From Octopus vulgaris (taxonomy: Eukaryota): a stretch of 64,000 nt of DNA. Within the stretch, counting starts at the first letter, position 1. Each line of letters opens with the position of its first letter. This document shows positions 12,082 through 25,414 of this stretch, one piece after another. The DNA lies in contig OX597821.1 of NCBI GenBank assembly GCA_951406725.2, positions 113,832,001-113,896,000 of the forward strand, written 5' to 3'. A program made the position numbers and the translations under genes. A model generated the notes under the pieces. That model was given only the letters and a program-made list of their open reading frames with translations, had not been told where the DNA came from and did no database searches.

Positions 12082-14442
12082 CTGAAAAGAAACATTAGAA
12101 TCATAGGATTATTAAATACATCAAATTGTGTATAAACTGGAAAAAAAGCTCTACAACGAGAATGGTAACTTAATCTTCATGTATTAAACTGAAATTTCGG
12201 TCTTCTGCCTTAATCAGAGAATCATTAGGCTGAAATCCAACGATATTTCATAAATATTTAATAACATTTTTTTATATCTGCACGTAAAAAGCTTTCGGAA
12301 TTGATGTTATCACGAAGTTATTCGAAGTATCCTTAATTCTCCCTGGATTGGAAAAGTAATCAACGGACTAATTAACGCTAATGAGATACATTAGCAAGGG
12401 ATTTCAATCTGATTGATGAGTTATGGCTTTGAAGTTGAATGTAAGAAAAGTAATCAGCGAGAAAGAAGCATGAATCACCTCACAATAATGTGAAGTTTAT
12501 TGCACTTTTAGGACTTTTTCAAACGGATGAATTTGAGTTCCATGAGTTTACAAATGAAAATATTCTTTCAATTAATATTTAAAATTCGCGTAGTTTAACT
12601 ATTGTTTGTTAGGAAAGAAACCGCCATTTTGCAACAGTTATTGCTGTTGTTTAGCTCTTGGTCGACTCTGGTTAAGAACTTCAGCGATCAATGCCATTCC
12701 AGTCTATAGCTATTCCCATTTCTAAGGATATCTTCTACTATATTATCGAATATATTCTTCCCATTTTTATAAGATATTAGGTTTAAATTTGAGATTTGGC
12801 TGCTGTTTTTGGCAGTTACTGCCGAGGTGACCTCTTGATTAGCTACGTTTTCAGGCCAAGTTTAATAATATAATAGTATAATAGTACTTCACACGAGTAT
12901 CAGAGTGAAACAAGGTTTGAGCCAACACACATACGCACACACAGGCACGCACACACACACATGCGTTTGTATATGTTTATATATATATCCACGTATGAGA
13001 GATTCTATATATATACGCATGTGCATATACATGCTCGGGTGGTACTATACACAGATATATACACACATACGCGCACACACATATGTAGTTCGGTATGTAT
13101 GCGTATAGTTATCTTCCACAGCGTTAAAATGTTTCTAAATTTCCTTTTATTTTCCCCCCCTTTTTTGACCATTATTTTCTTCCACTAATACTTGCTCCTT
13201 CTTTTTCCATACTTCTCATTCTCCCCGCTTCGTTCTTCACTGTTATAATAACCCCAACACCACCACCACCACTTACAACTCCCGCATCCCTATTAAATAA
13301 CTCATCTCTTTCTGACGAACGCTTCTGCCGGAAACGTTAAACTTCTCCTCTTTCTCATGACATTACAGTTTGTACTTGTTGCGTCACTTTGATCATTTAG
13401 CTTTGGAAGCTGTAATGGTGTGTAACTTAATGAGACTTGCGGATCGCAAGCACTAAACGTGCTTAGTCAACAGAAAATGCCGAGGACGTTTTTATACTCC
13501 TACAAAGGTCATTGCTTGAATTTCAATATTGGTGTATTTCCGTTCACTCGTAATTTCTTTTATATATATATATATGAATACACATAGGGCGACTATTTGG
13601 AAAAAAAAAAAAAAGAATGTGTGGTTTAGGCTTTTTACTAGTGTGTATTATTACGTAAACATAGAAGGAGGTAACCCAGCGCAGTGGCAGCACAGTGGCA
13701 GCTCAGTGTCTGGAAGCAGCGAAAATATAGAAAATTTGTCAGTATGAGTGTATATATGTATATGTTTCTGCGTGTGAGTGGGTATATGTTACTGTGTATG
13801 AGTGATTGCGTCTATGTGTGTTTTGCCATTCCTTTTGAGAGGAAATATATCTCACAATCAAGAGAACACTAATAAATTCATATTTGTATGAGTGTGTGTG
13901 TGTTTGTATATATGTGTTTGCTTGTGTGTATGTGTGGGTATAGGTGTGTGCGTGTGTGTATGTGTGTTTGTGATAAGTCTCTCAGTGATTGAGTGTTATG
14001 CACATTGATCTATCTCGCCATTGGAGTCTATGGCTAAAAAAATCGACACAGTGACTTAGTACACTGTTTCTGAAAATTAAACAACCTGATGGTTATGGTT
14101 TGAATGCCCTACGATCATTGCTCTGCTTGATCAATAACGACTAAATTGACGTCTAACAACAACATCAACAACGGGAACAACAGCACATAATAACACATGT
14201 GTAAATGAGTTTGGATGTGAATTTGTTTATAAATATATTTATCGTGTTCCCACATTTTGCTGTCATACTGACTGGTTTTGTAGGCGATCAAGTTGGTTTT
14301 CGTAACTGACCAAGCGGAAAAACGCTGAAACACATGCGTCCTGAGATCTAATGACGTCACCCACAGCCAAAAATAAAATGTGTATTTTCACAAGTCTAGG
14401 TTGAGAACATTCTCCCGGGACTATTCTTGCAGTGTTAGGTCA

Positions 14443-14557
14443 TATCACAGATGATTATAATCAAACGTATTAGAACATGTTTTATACAATAATATAACTA
14501 TCACAGATGATTATAATCAAACGTATTAGAACATGTTTTATACAATAATATAACTAT
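14443..14557. repeat. Perfect 56-bp tandem duplication
   Basis: tatcacagatgattataatc...aatataac repeated twice. Confidence 0.9.
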
Positions 14558-14716
14558 TTGTATCTATACATAAATAATATAAACACGAGGATGCAAGTTG
14601 TAACTATTTAATTATATTACAAATCTCACGAATAATATATATTGTTATTTTGATTTATAAGAATATTCTATATAAATAGTAACACATAATTTAATACTCA
14701 TGTGAGCAAATCTTAC

Positions 14717-14779
14717 CGGTTCACCTTTCTGACCAAACTGACCCCTTTCTCCACGTGGACCGACTGCTCCGGGTTCACC
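14717..14779 (-). CDS. Collagen Gly-X-Y exon: GEPGAVGPRGERGQFGQKGEP
   Basis: 63 nt, ttccag|...|gtaaga. Confidence 0.95.
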
Positions 14780-15087
14780 CTGGAATATAAAAACACCATT
14801 GTCATCATTTCTATACAGTTGCAAACCGGATAACTGGAATTACATGCATACATCTTCTCTTAGAATAAGTCCTCTCTTAGAATTAGATGCTACACACGTG
14901 CTGTTGGTGATTTTCCCCACTTCTTTGGACTTTTCCCTTTTTCCTTTCCGACGAAGAGCTATGCTCGAAACATCAAAAACTCTCTCTTTACTGAGCGTGA
15001 AACTAATATATTCCAAGCGCACATCTCCTTGTTGTTTGTTATCGTTATTCTTACTGTTCGTTTATTTGAATTGACTATATACATATT

Positions 15088-15318
15088 ATTTCTTTATTGC
15101 CCACAAGGGGCTAAACATAGAGGGGACGAACAAGGACAGACAAAGGGATTAAGTCGATTACATCGACCCCAGTGCGTAACTGGTACTTAATTTATCGCCC
15201 CCGAAAGGATGAAAGGCAAAGTCGACCTCGGGGGAATTTGAACTCAGAGCGTAGCGGCGGACGAAATACCGCTAAGCATTTCGCCCGGCATGCTAACGAT
15301 TCTGCCAGCGTGCCGCCG
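15088..15318 (-). mobile_element. SINE family 1, complete single copy
   Basis: Near-identical to the unit at 786-1015. Confidence 0.88.
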
Positions 15319-16030
15319 AATATATATATATTGGACTCATCTGTAATTTCACGCAGAACAATGATTTGTTTATTGCTATCAAATGTTTATGCTCCACATT
15401 AGCTGATGGACCTGAGTAAAAACAACGTTGCCTGTGCAGGTGTATGGTGTACCATCACGTCAGTTGTCGACTGAAGTATATATATGTATGTGTGTGGTGT
15501 GTCTATGTGTGTATGTGTGTTTGTGTGTATGTATCAGACGTTGAAACTAACAACTTCAAGTGGTATGTTTTCTATTCCTAATCATAATATTTTAAAGCCT
15601 AATTTTTTGAAAATTTCGTTTACAACTACGCCCAACAAATATTTGTTCATTGTAACTTTCAAAATTTTTACATAACTTAAAAATTGGAAATTTTTGTTGG
15701 TATTTCAAAAATACGTTTTTGAAAATAGGAATCTTTTGTTGTTAGGTCGTGTATTAAAATTTTTTCTAAGGTAAAATAACCTGAGTTTCAGTAACAAAAG
15801 TTAATGGAATGTACACGTTCGAACTAGTGATTATGTATTCTGTTCGTTTAACCATTTCGATGTAAGGTAAATGCAATGAAAATTGGATCATAGACGGAAA
15901 AATACGAAAGATACAAGTGTTTGAAAAAAGTCATTGAGCAAAGCTGATGAATTTAGTCAACAAATGTAAGGTGAAAGTTACCCGAAATATTGTAGGAACA
16001 ATTAACAAGTGATGTAAAGTGATACAATAT

Positions 16031-16102
<72 letters not shown>

Positions 16103-16106
<4 letters not shown>

Positions 16107-16769
16107 TAATATTTCTAAATATTTCTAAAGGACACTACGGCAGCGGTACTGGACATTAATAGTTATCGCCAAGCTAACATGGCAGTCCAGGAAAATAGGA
16201 CGAGTGCTGCCGTTGATTAACTCCAAGAGGCTACCACCTCTAGTTAGCTATGTGACACACGAACCTGTGTCCATTATAACCTTCGAACAGGGGAGGTCAG
16301 CAGCTTCCCCTTGCTGGTTTGGCATCTACAGACTAGTTTCAGCGTAGGTGTCCCTTATCAATGTAGAATAGCCGAACCCAGCATGTTAGCTTGGCGATAA
16401 CTATTAATATCCAGTACCGATGCCGTAGTCTCCTTTAGAGAGATTTAGAAATATTAATATTTCGATTTTTGAAAACCAGTGGATGTATTCCTCTGAATTT
16501 AGGTAAATAATCCTTCGAACAGACGGTCAGCAGTGACGCCTGCTGGATTCGGCTACTCTACATTGATAAAGGGCAACTACCCCGAAACTAGTCTGTAGAT
16601 TCCAAACCAACAAGGGGAACATGCTGACCTCCCCTGTTCGAAGGTTATAATGGACACAGGTCCGTGTGTTACATAGCTAGCTAGAGGCGATGGCCTCTTG
16701 GAGCTAACCAACGGCAGTACTCGTCCTATTTTCCAGGACTGCCATGTTAGCTTGGCGATAACTATTAAT
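16103..16769. mobile_element. PLE pLTR remnant with overlapping inversions, flanked by (TA)n
   Basis: 16103-16181 is inverted at 16382-16460 and 16155-16383 is inverted at 16541-16769; contains a hammerhead motif on each strand. Confidence 0.75.
16557..16599 (+). ncRNA. Minimal type I hammerhead ribozyme, U3-A8 core variant (inverted copy 16325-16367)
   Basis: tctaca-TTGATAA-agggcaactacccc-GAAA-ctag-TC-tgtaga: 6-bp stem I and palindromic stem III. Confidence 0.72.
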
Positions 16770-16772
16770 ATA

Positions 16773-16827
<55 letters not shown>

Positions 16828-16876
16828 GTTTAAATATTTTATTGGCTAAACTGGCAATATGACCATTCCGAAATAT

Positions 16877-16928
<52 letters not shown>

Positions 16929-16937
16929 GTATACATA

Positions 16938-16987
<50 letters not shown>

Positions 16988-17170
16988 TACATATATATAT
17001 ATATAGAGAGAGAGAGGGGGGGAGAGAGAAAGAGAGAGAAAGAGAGAGATAGAGAGATAGTTTGCATACGTATATATAATACATATTAATGGTATTATGA
17101 AAGCATATATATTGATATATATATATATATATATGAATATTCATATATATGTACACACACATGCCGATAC

Positions 17171-17575
17171 GCAGGAGTGGCTGTGTGGTAAGTAGCTTGT
17201 CTACCAACCACATGGTTCCGGGTTCAGTCCCACTGCGTAGCACCTTGGGTAAGCGTCTTCTACTATAGCCTCGCGCCGACCAAAGTCTTGTGAGTGGATT
17301 TGGTAGACGGAAACTGAAAGAAGTCCGTCGTATATATGTATATATATATATAGGTGTGCGTGTATGTTTGTGTGTCTGTGTTTGTCCCCCTAGCATTGCT
17401 TGACAACCGATGCTGGTGTGTTTATGTCCCCGTCACTTAGCGGTTCGGCAAAAGAGACCGATAGAATAAGTACTGGGCTTACAAAGAATAAGTCCCGGGA
17501 TCGAGTTCCTCGATTAAAGGCGGTGCTCCAGCATGGCCGCAGTCAAATGACTGAAACAAGTAAAAGAGTAAAAGA
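17171..17575 (+). mobile_element. tRNA-derived CORE-type SINE family 2
   Basis: tggctgtgtggt / gggttcagtccc boxes, ccttgggtaag CORE-like motif, internal (TA)/(TG) tract, taaaagag tail. Confidence 0.88.
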
Positions 17576-18772
17576 TATATATATATGTGTGTGTGTGTGT
17601 GCGTGCGTGCGTGCCTGTGTGCATGTTTGTAACTGAGTTACGGGGTTGTAATTTTAAAATTGCCTTATATAGCTAACAACGGAATCATTTAAATAAAAGC
17701 AAATCTCTTGCTGAGCAAATACTAACAAAGATTATGATTAACATCAATACAGTCTCCCACACACAAACAAACACACGGCGGCATGCTTTATTTAGCTTCA
17801 TAGACGAAGGGTAAAATTAATCTGCGGCATTCACAGGGTTCTTTTTCAAGGGCGTTTGAAATATTTTGTCGGGCGTTTTCTCAGAATAATTAAGAAAACT
17901 ACATCAGATGTACTTTAAAGAAACATATTTTCGCATAATGCCGACTACATTATTGAGAAGTATTAACGACAAGATAGAATTTAAATAATGAAATGCCTAA
18001 TATGTGGATGCATTGGTTTTCGAAGGAATTTAGCCTTAGTTTGAGTGCTGGGCACGAAGCCAATTTTGTACTTTAAAAAAAATTATATTCATTTTAGTAA
18101 AGAGCGAAAATATTGCTAATAGTTATTTAATTATTTCTGGTGAGAGAAAGAAACAAACTAAAATGAAGTTCGTTACTAATTTATGCGTTGATCATAAAAC
18201 ATGTATGTATGTATGTATGTATGTATGTATGTATGTATGTATGTATGTATGTATGTATGTATGTATGTACGTACGTACGTACGTATGTATGTATGTATGT
18301 ATGTATGTATGTATGTACGTTTCTATGTATGTATGTCTTCTATTTTTTAATTATTATAAATTTTCCACTGAGGAGGGAGCCGGTTTCCATCAAAGATACA
18401 AAGCTCCATCTCTGGGATGTAGTTAACGGAAACTAAAAGAAGTCATTCATATATATGTATGTATATGTGTGTGCGTTTGAGTTTGTACCACCCCACTACT
18501 TGGCAACCGGTGTTGGTTTGTTTATGTTCCAGTAATATAACGGTTCGGCAAAAGAACCGATAGAAGACGTACCGGGGTTAAAAAGTAATAAATACTGGGA
18601 TCGATTCGTATGACTAAAATAAAAAAAAATAAACCCCCAAGGCGATGCATGGCCGCAGTCCAATGAATGACTCAAGTAAAAGATAAAAAGAATTTGTTAA
18701 TTTCTGTTCAGTGTAATTGCCTGTAAATTAGTAAAAGTGAGAGAGTATGAATATTAATTTAAATTTGCTTAC

Positions 18773-18826
18773 CTTTAATCCAGGATCACCAGGTGTACCC
18801 TCGTAGCCTCGTTCTCCATTTCGACC
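18773..18826 (-). CDS. Collagen Gly-X-Y exon: GRNGERGYEGTPGDPGLK
   Basis: 54 nt, tag|...|gtaagc. Confidence 0.95.
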
Positions 18827-19303
18827 CTATTTGGAATAAAAGAAAAAAAATAATTAAAACGTCAGCCATTGCTTAGCAGGGAGTCGGAGAAAATGGTATT
18901 TAAGTGGTTTCTATTCGTGGAATGTAACATTGGTAAATAATATATATATTAGGCACGTGAGTGCCTGTGTGGTAAGACGTTTGCTTCACAACCACATGGT
19001 TCCGGGTTCGCTCTCTCTGCGTGCACATTGGACAAGTGTCTTCTACTATAGTTGAAATTTACAGAAAAAAAAAAAAAAACGAAGACAGGCGTATAAAAAT
19101 CAAACAGGTTTGTTATTTTAACGCTCGGGAAGGTGAGAAAGTATTTTACGTTTCGAGCCTATGCTCTTCAACAGAAAGGAACACGAGAAAATAAACAGAG
19201 AGAATAAAAAAACTTTAGGAGCTAGCGGTCAATCATGGCAGCTGGCTGGAAACACGGATCCAAACTTTCTGGGTGGATTTGGTAGACGGAGAGTGAAAAA
19301 TGT

Positions 19304-19337
<34 letters not shown>

Positions 19338-19712
19338 GCGAGAAAGAAGCAACAAGAATGGATAGGTTTTTAGTACAATCGTTTCATACAAGGACAGGCT
19401 TTATTAAAAGTTGCAAAAATTACAGCATATAAACGTGTCCCGTACTCATCAGCTAAAATACATGTGAGTTCTCTAGACATCCTAGTGGTTGAGGCTATAC
19501 TCATGAAGTAATGTAGATAATTAAGTAACATAAACAGATTTCCAAAGTTCATTAAAGTTCATTAAAGATGATGTACAGTCTTATCACAGAATTTAAAAAA
19601 AGTTTTAATAGCATCACAGAGAAGGTGACCTAATCCATAGTGCACATATGAAATTCCAGAGATATGATGAGGGATTACATACTCACAGAAGACAAATTTA
19701 TCCATTGTTAAA

Positions 19713-20112
19713 ATGCCCGGCACCTGGTCTATGTGGGGAAAATAATGTAATCTATAAATGTACCATATCCACGGAGAATAACAAATATTTTTACATTGGA
19801 TGTACAATTAATTTTTTAGCCAGAATTAGAAATCACATCTCGACTTTTAAATTACGTCATAAAGCTGGTACCACCACACTTTCAAGCAAAATCTGGGAAC
19901 TCAAAAATAATAATAAAAATTATAACCTTAATTGGGAAATAGTTAGGAGAGCATTTCCGTATAAAAATAGTAGGGTTGGTTGTCAACTATGCTCCATGGA
20001 GACGTATGAAATTATAAAGCATAGAAAACATAGAAACTTATTGAATAACCATATCGAACTAGGTCAAGTTTGTGTCCACGCTAAATTGAAGACTTTAAAA
20101 TATTTTAAATGA
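19713..20112 (+). pseudogene. C-terminal GIY-YIG endonuclease domain of the PLE ORF (RT lost by truncation)
   Basis: CP..G.C...NVIYKC...FYIGCT..F..R...H, LSSKIW.LK, W.I...A..Y, CQLC..E, LLN...EL...CVH. Confidence 0.9.
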
Positions 20113-21562
20113 TTAGAATATTCGTAACTAGATAGATAGATATAACTTGACTTCTATTAGTATAGCATTACTTTAAGTAGATAACTAAGAGTTCTCACAC
20201 TACAGTTATCTTTTTCCTTATATCTGCATCAGTTTTTTGAGTACAGGGAAATGAATAGTACTTGTTGGCTGCTTAATTGAGGCTTTATTTAATTTCAAAC
20301 TCACAATTTTTAAATTCTTAATTTTAAATCTTAATTGTAATTTTTAATTTTAATTCCTAACTTAATCTAATTTAAATAGCATAACTCTAATAAATTAAAA
20401 TGAGTTACTATAGCCCCATAATTCTTTTTCAAAATTAAATAAATAAGGCTATTCCCTCGGTGATAATATGATTATCTTCATTATGACAGACAATCCCCTA
20501 ACACCTTGTAAATGATCTTCTAAGATTTGACCTGTAGTCCGTCAATGTATGAATAATAACGGCAACTCCTTAAGACAATAAAAGGAATAAATTAAATAAG
20601 TAAATTTTAATGACTTTTTGATAAGTTTATACCTAGATTTTCCTAATGTGTTTTCTAGTGATTTTAGCATCTGACCCCTAAACCCCTGACTGTGTTATCT
20701 CTTTAGATTCTCTTTAAATTCATAGCTGATTTCAACAGCAATAAATTAGCTGTTTTACTGGTCAAAGAATAATATTCTCCTCTAGTTCCTAGATGCCTGT
20801 AAATTAAAACCAGACTTGCCGTCTACTAATTCTTCTGTATAACTAGAACCCTTTTTTTCTTTTTCTTTTTCCCTTCTTTCCCTATATCTTTCTCTTTTCT
20901 TTTTTCTTTTCCTTCTGCTTATTCTCTTTTTCCTTTTCTCTTCTCTTTTAGTCCCCCTCCCCCCTTTTTGCTCCCTCCTCCTTTATTTTCTCTCTTCTCT
21001 TCTATTCCCTTCCCTTTTCTATTCTTTGCCGCTCTAGAAAGCCCTTCAGCCTTTAGAAGTTAAATAGCTACAGCCTCTTGTAAATAGCAGTAATGTGATT
21101 AATGTGGCAAATACCTAATCATATAACAAGAATTGATACCTACCTCATTGTGTTCAACCATTGATAAACTTATCGCCTGTGAATTTGAAATTCCTCTTCA
21201 TTTCTCTGGAAATTTACATCTACACCATTGGAAATTGTGCATCTATACAAAGGATTAATTCACCCTCTCTATAATGCTAATAAGCAGGAATTGAAACCCA
21301 CCTCGTTGTATTTAACAATGGATAAATTTGTCTTCTGTGAGTATGTAATCCTCATCATATCTCTGGAATTTCATATGTGCACTATGGATTAGGCCACCTT
21401 CTCTGTGATGCTATTAAAACTTTTTAAAATTCTGTGATAAGACTGTACATCATCTTTAATGAACTTTAATGAACTTTGGAAATCTGTTTATGTTACTTAA
21501 TTATCTACATTACTTCATGAGTATAGCCTCAACCACTAGGATGTCTAGAGAACTCACATGTA

Positions 21563-21653
21563 TTTTAGCTGATGAGTACGGGACACGTTTATATGCTGTA
21601 ATTTTTGCAACTTTTAATAAAGCCTGTCCTTGTATGAAACGATTGTACTAAAA
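21563..21653 (+). ncRNA. Type I hammerhead ribozyme in the PLE pLTR (identical inverted copy 19368-19458)
   Basis: ttttag-CTGATGA-gtacgggaca...tgtccttgtat-GAAA-cgattg-TA-ctaaaa. Confidence 0.82.
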
Positions 21654-21793
21654 ACCTATCCATTCTTGTTGCTTCTTTCTCGCTTATAATCACCCCACAT
21701 TACTGTATTGTTAAATCAGTATAGTTTTTTTTGCATCTAAGTTAGGTACCATATTCAAGTTAATTCATTTAAATTAGCTTGAATCTTTATTGC

Positions 21794-21896
<103 letters not shown>

Positions 21897-21902
21897 TGTA
21901 TG

Positions 21903-21936
<34 letters not shown>

Positions 21937-22758
21937 TATGTATGTATGTATTTATGTATGTATGTATGTATGCATGTATGTATATGTAAGAATTTAAAAC
22001 CAGTGGTGTAGCATATAAGACCATAGCGGATCTTCTTTTAGCAGAATGTATGTCCAGTTACGGTTCATCCCTGTTACATAGTAGTTTCATTTTAATTGTT
22101 TCAATATTAAAGTGAAAGTATCTGACATAACAATAGAGAGATGTTTTACTTTGCACTTTTGAAACGTAATACCGATTCACCCTAGCATTCGATTTGGTCA
22201 ATCAGATGTGACGTGTTTTCAGAGAATTCTTTCACTTTTACTCAGTTGGTGACATTAACGGGCGTTGATATTATTATCTGAGATTCCCAAAACAGTTTTT
22301 ATTATTTCTGATTTATTTTACTTCTTCAATCTCGACTAATTTACTTTACTAATCCCTTTACAACTTCCAGCATTCCTATAGGACCTAGTTTCCAGAAAGG
22401 AACACTTGCACAAAAAGTGACACTCTCTCTGTATATACTATTCGTTGCCATATATTTACCATTCTGAAAAGCTTGGATAGAGATTGGATATAGACATTGA
22501 CTGTTATTATTCATTATATCATTTCTACAACTTGACATTTCTTCATTTCACGAATACAACAGAAAGCATAATTTCACAAAAAGAAAACATACAGATTTTG
22601 TTGTCCAAAGAAAATTTGCCTTTTTATACACACACAGCTATAAAGGAATGGCTGAAGAAATGCAGAAAATAACTGGGAAAATGCAGGAAATTCTACAGGT
22701 GAGTATATCAATATATACACTCGCATGAACAAATGTACACTCTTTACTCTCATTTTTT

Positions 22759-23116
22759 CTCTTTTACTTGTTTCAGTCATTTGACCGCGGCCATGCTGGA
22801 GCATCGCCTTTAATCGAGCAACTCGACCCCGGGACTTATTATTTTGTAAGCCCAGTACTTATTCTATAGGTCTCTTTTGCCGAACCGCTAAGTAACGGGG
22901 ACATAAACACACCAGCATCGGTTGTCAAGCACAGACACACAAATACACACAGATATATATATATATACATATATACGACGGGCTTCTTTCAGTTTCCGTC
23001 TACCAAATCACAAGGCTATAGTAGAAGACACTTGCGCCCAAGATGCCATGCAGTGGGACTGAACCCGGAACCATGTGGTTATAAAGCAAGCTACTTACCA
23101 CACAGCCACTCCTGCG

Positions 23117-23118
<2 letters not shown>
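22759..23118 (-). mobile_element. SINE family 2
   Basis: Reverse complement of 17171-17575 with small deletions. Confidence 0.88.
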
Positions 23119-23170
<52 letters not shown>

Positions 23171-23263
23171 AATACATGTGTGTGTGAGTGTGTGCATGAA
23201 TGTATGTATGTATATATTTATATACATATAAAGTAATTTATTTTACTAAGCCCTAATTATATA

Positions 23264-23307
<44 letters not shown>

Positions 23308-24338
23308 CAATAAATGTTTTATATATAAAGAACATGAAATACAGGAAGGGACAAACACGGAACACAGACAAATCATTCGAAGCCTTCAATCTATAAATAT
23401 ATACATACATACATACATACATTCATGCACACACTCACACACACATGTATGTACACAAGGCAAAATACACTCCCCAAATGCACAATAGGAGTGGCTGTGT
23501 GGTAAGTGGTTGCGGAGGCGGTCACGGAAAAAACTTTGTCAAAGGTCACAGCGACCTTTGACAAGAAAAAAATTCCTTTTCTCTTTTCAGGCCCCTGACC
23601 TGTCGATGCAGAGTTGTCTGCAGGTGGCAGTTCAATTAGTTCGGGGGACCTGACGAGAAAATTGTAAGAAAATTTTTGTTGTGTAAAAATTTTTGTTGTA
23701 AAAATTTTTTGGTGTAAAATTTTTTTGTTGTAAAAATTTGTGTTGTAATAAATTTTAGTAAAGAAACTTTAGTATTCGAGGGGTTATTGGTCGGCGGGTG
23801 CCAGTGGCCTTCCTATTTTTGTTCATCCTTATCATCCTCATCTCATTGATGCTTTTGACCAGCCCGCAGCTACTCATCTATGTACTGCCCTCGTGGCAAA
23901 TTCTAATGAAATAAATAACTTGCCAATGGTAAGTAGCCACATTTGAAACCAAATTTTAGAATTTTATCATAACGCAACCATAATAAGAGAAGAATAACCG
24001 ATCATTGATTTGGTAGCGTAGCATCATCTAGTTATTAGCTTTCGAAATTGTTGTGGGGAAAATGAATTCCATTGTTTATTTAAATGGTTTTTCAGTTTCA
24101 TTGGAACACACATACACTAGTCACACATAGACAAGTGTATATACACTCTCACACGTTCTCCAGAATCTACAGTGGGGTATACATACTCACGCACGCACAC
24201 AGTCGAGTAATGGTAAAGGGTGCGCGCGCGTGCACACGCACACACACACACACAGAGTCAGAGACGCACACGCATACAGTCACAGACATACACACACTCG
24301 ATCGGGAGTGCGCACACTCACACATCATACACACTCAT

Positions 24339-24386
<48 letters not shown>

Positions 24387-24514
24387 CACACACAGAAACA
24401 GAATCAGAGACGCACGTGCATACAGTCACACCTATATAGTCACAGACACACACACACTCGATCGGGCGAACGCTCACAAAAACACACTCATACACACACA
24501 AACAAACACATACC

Positions 24515-24552
<38 letters not shown>

Positions 24553-24761
24553 CGGACACACACACACACACACAGAGAATGTCTTCAATCTTATCCATTG
24601 TCAACTTGAGAAATACTTCTTACGTGAAGAATGTTTCCACAATAGAAAAGTTTCAAATTTTCTAAATAACCGATCCAATTTCTTTTCGAACCTATGATAA
24701 ATTTGATAACCTGATATTATCCAAGCAATTACCCAAGCAATTAGAGGTCAAAAAACTCCCT

Positions 24762-25194
24762 GGGATCTTTTCGGTTTGAACGGCAGTTTTTTAAAATAAT
24801 TTCTGGGTAACTAAAAAATTTTAAACTTCGTATACTGGTAGAATGTGTTTATAAAACATCGTTTTCTCTTGACTTTATTTAGAAAAATTCTATTGTTTGT
24901 AAGATGTTATGTTGTTTTTAGCCTTCAATTTCTGCAATTTCAACCAATCAGTGACGTCTATTGAGTTAAAAAGCATTGTGTGCCGTATGAATATGTCCCT
25001 CGTTTAAGAAACAGATTGGGTTAATTTACTTGTGAAGAAAAAAAAGATACCTTTCCCCCACCCTTAACCCTGACCCTAACCCTAACCCTAAAAGAGATTG
25101 AAATGCAATAGATCGATACTAGGGTCATAATTATGGGTGACAATTTCATATGATACCGCTAGAAAAAAACTGCCGTTCAAACCGAAAATATCCC
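24762..25194. mobile_element. MITE-like element with ~31-bp TIRs and an internal (CCCTAA)n tract
   Basis: gggatcttttcggtttgaacggcagtttttt ... aaaaaactgccgttcaaaccgaaaatatccc; no TSD seen. Confidence 0.75.
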
Positions 25195-25414
25195 AAGCTG
25201 CTGATAAAGTCTTATGACCGCTACAACAGCAATCAAAAAGATTCATTTTCTGTCGTGTTTTCGTGAGAAAAAAAAAAACATGAACTTCGAAGTGGAATAA
25301 ATCTTTTATGGTTTGTGTATGATAGTTAAGGAAAGGTTGCCATGATTTATAAGAATAAAGACAATAATAATTACATGAATGTAAATAATATTGAAATAAT
25401 TATAATTGTTTAAA

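Noticed and set aside
19370-19552. Identical 60-aa ORFs at 19370-19552 (-) and 21469-21651 (+)
   Set aside because: A by-product of the PLE inverted arms; they overlap the hammerhead and have no recognisable domain.
22341-22400. GPIGML on the minus strand as a possible extra collagen exon
   Set aside because: Only two triplets, the acceptor would not be phase 0, and a stop follows.
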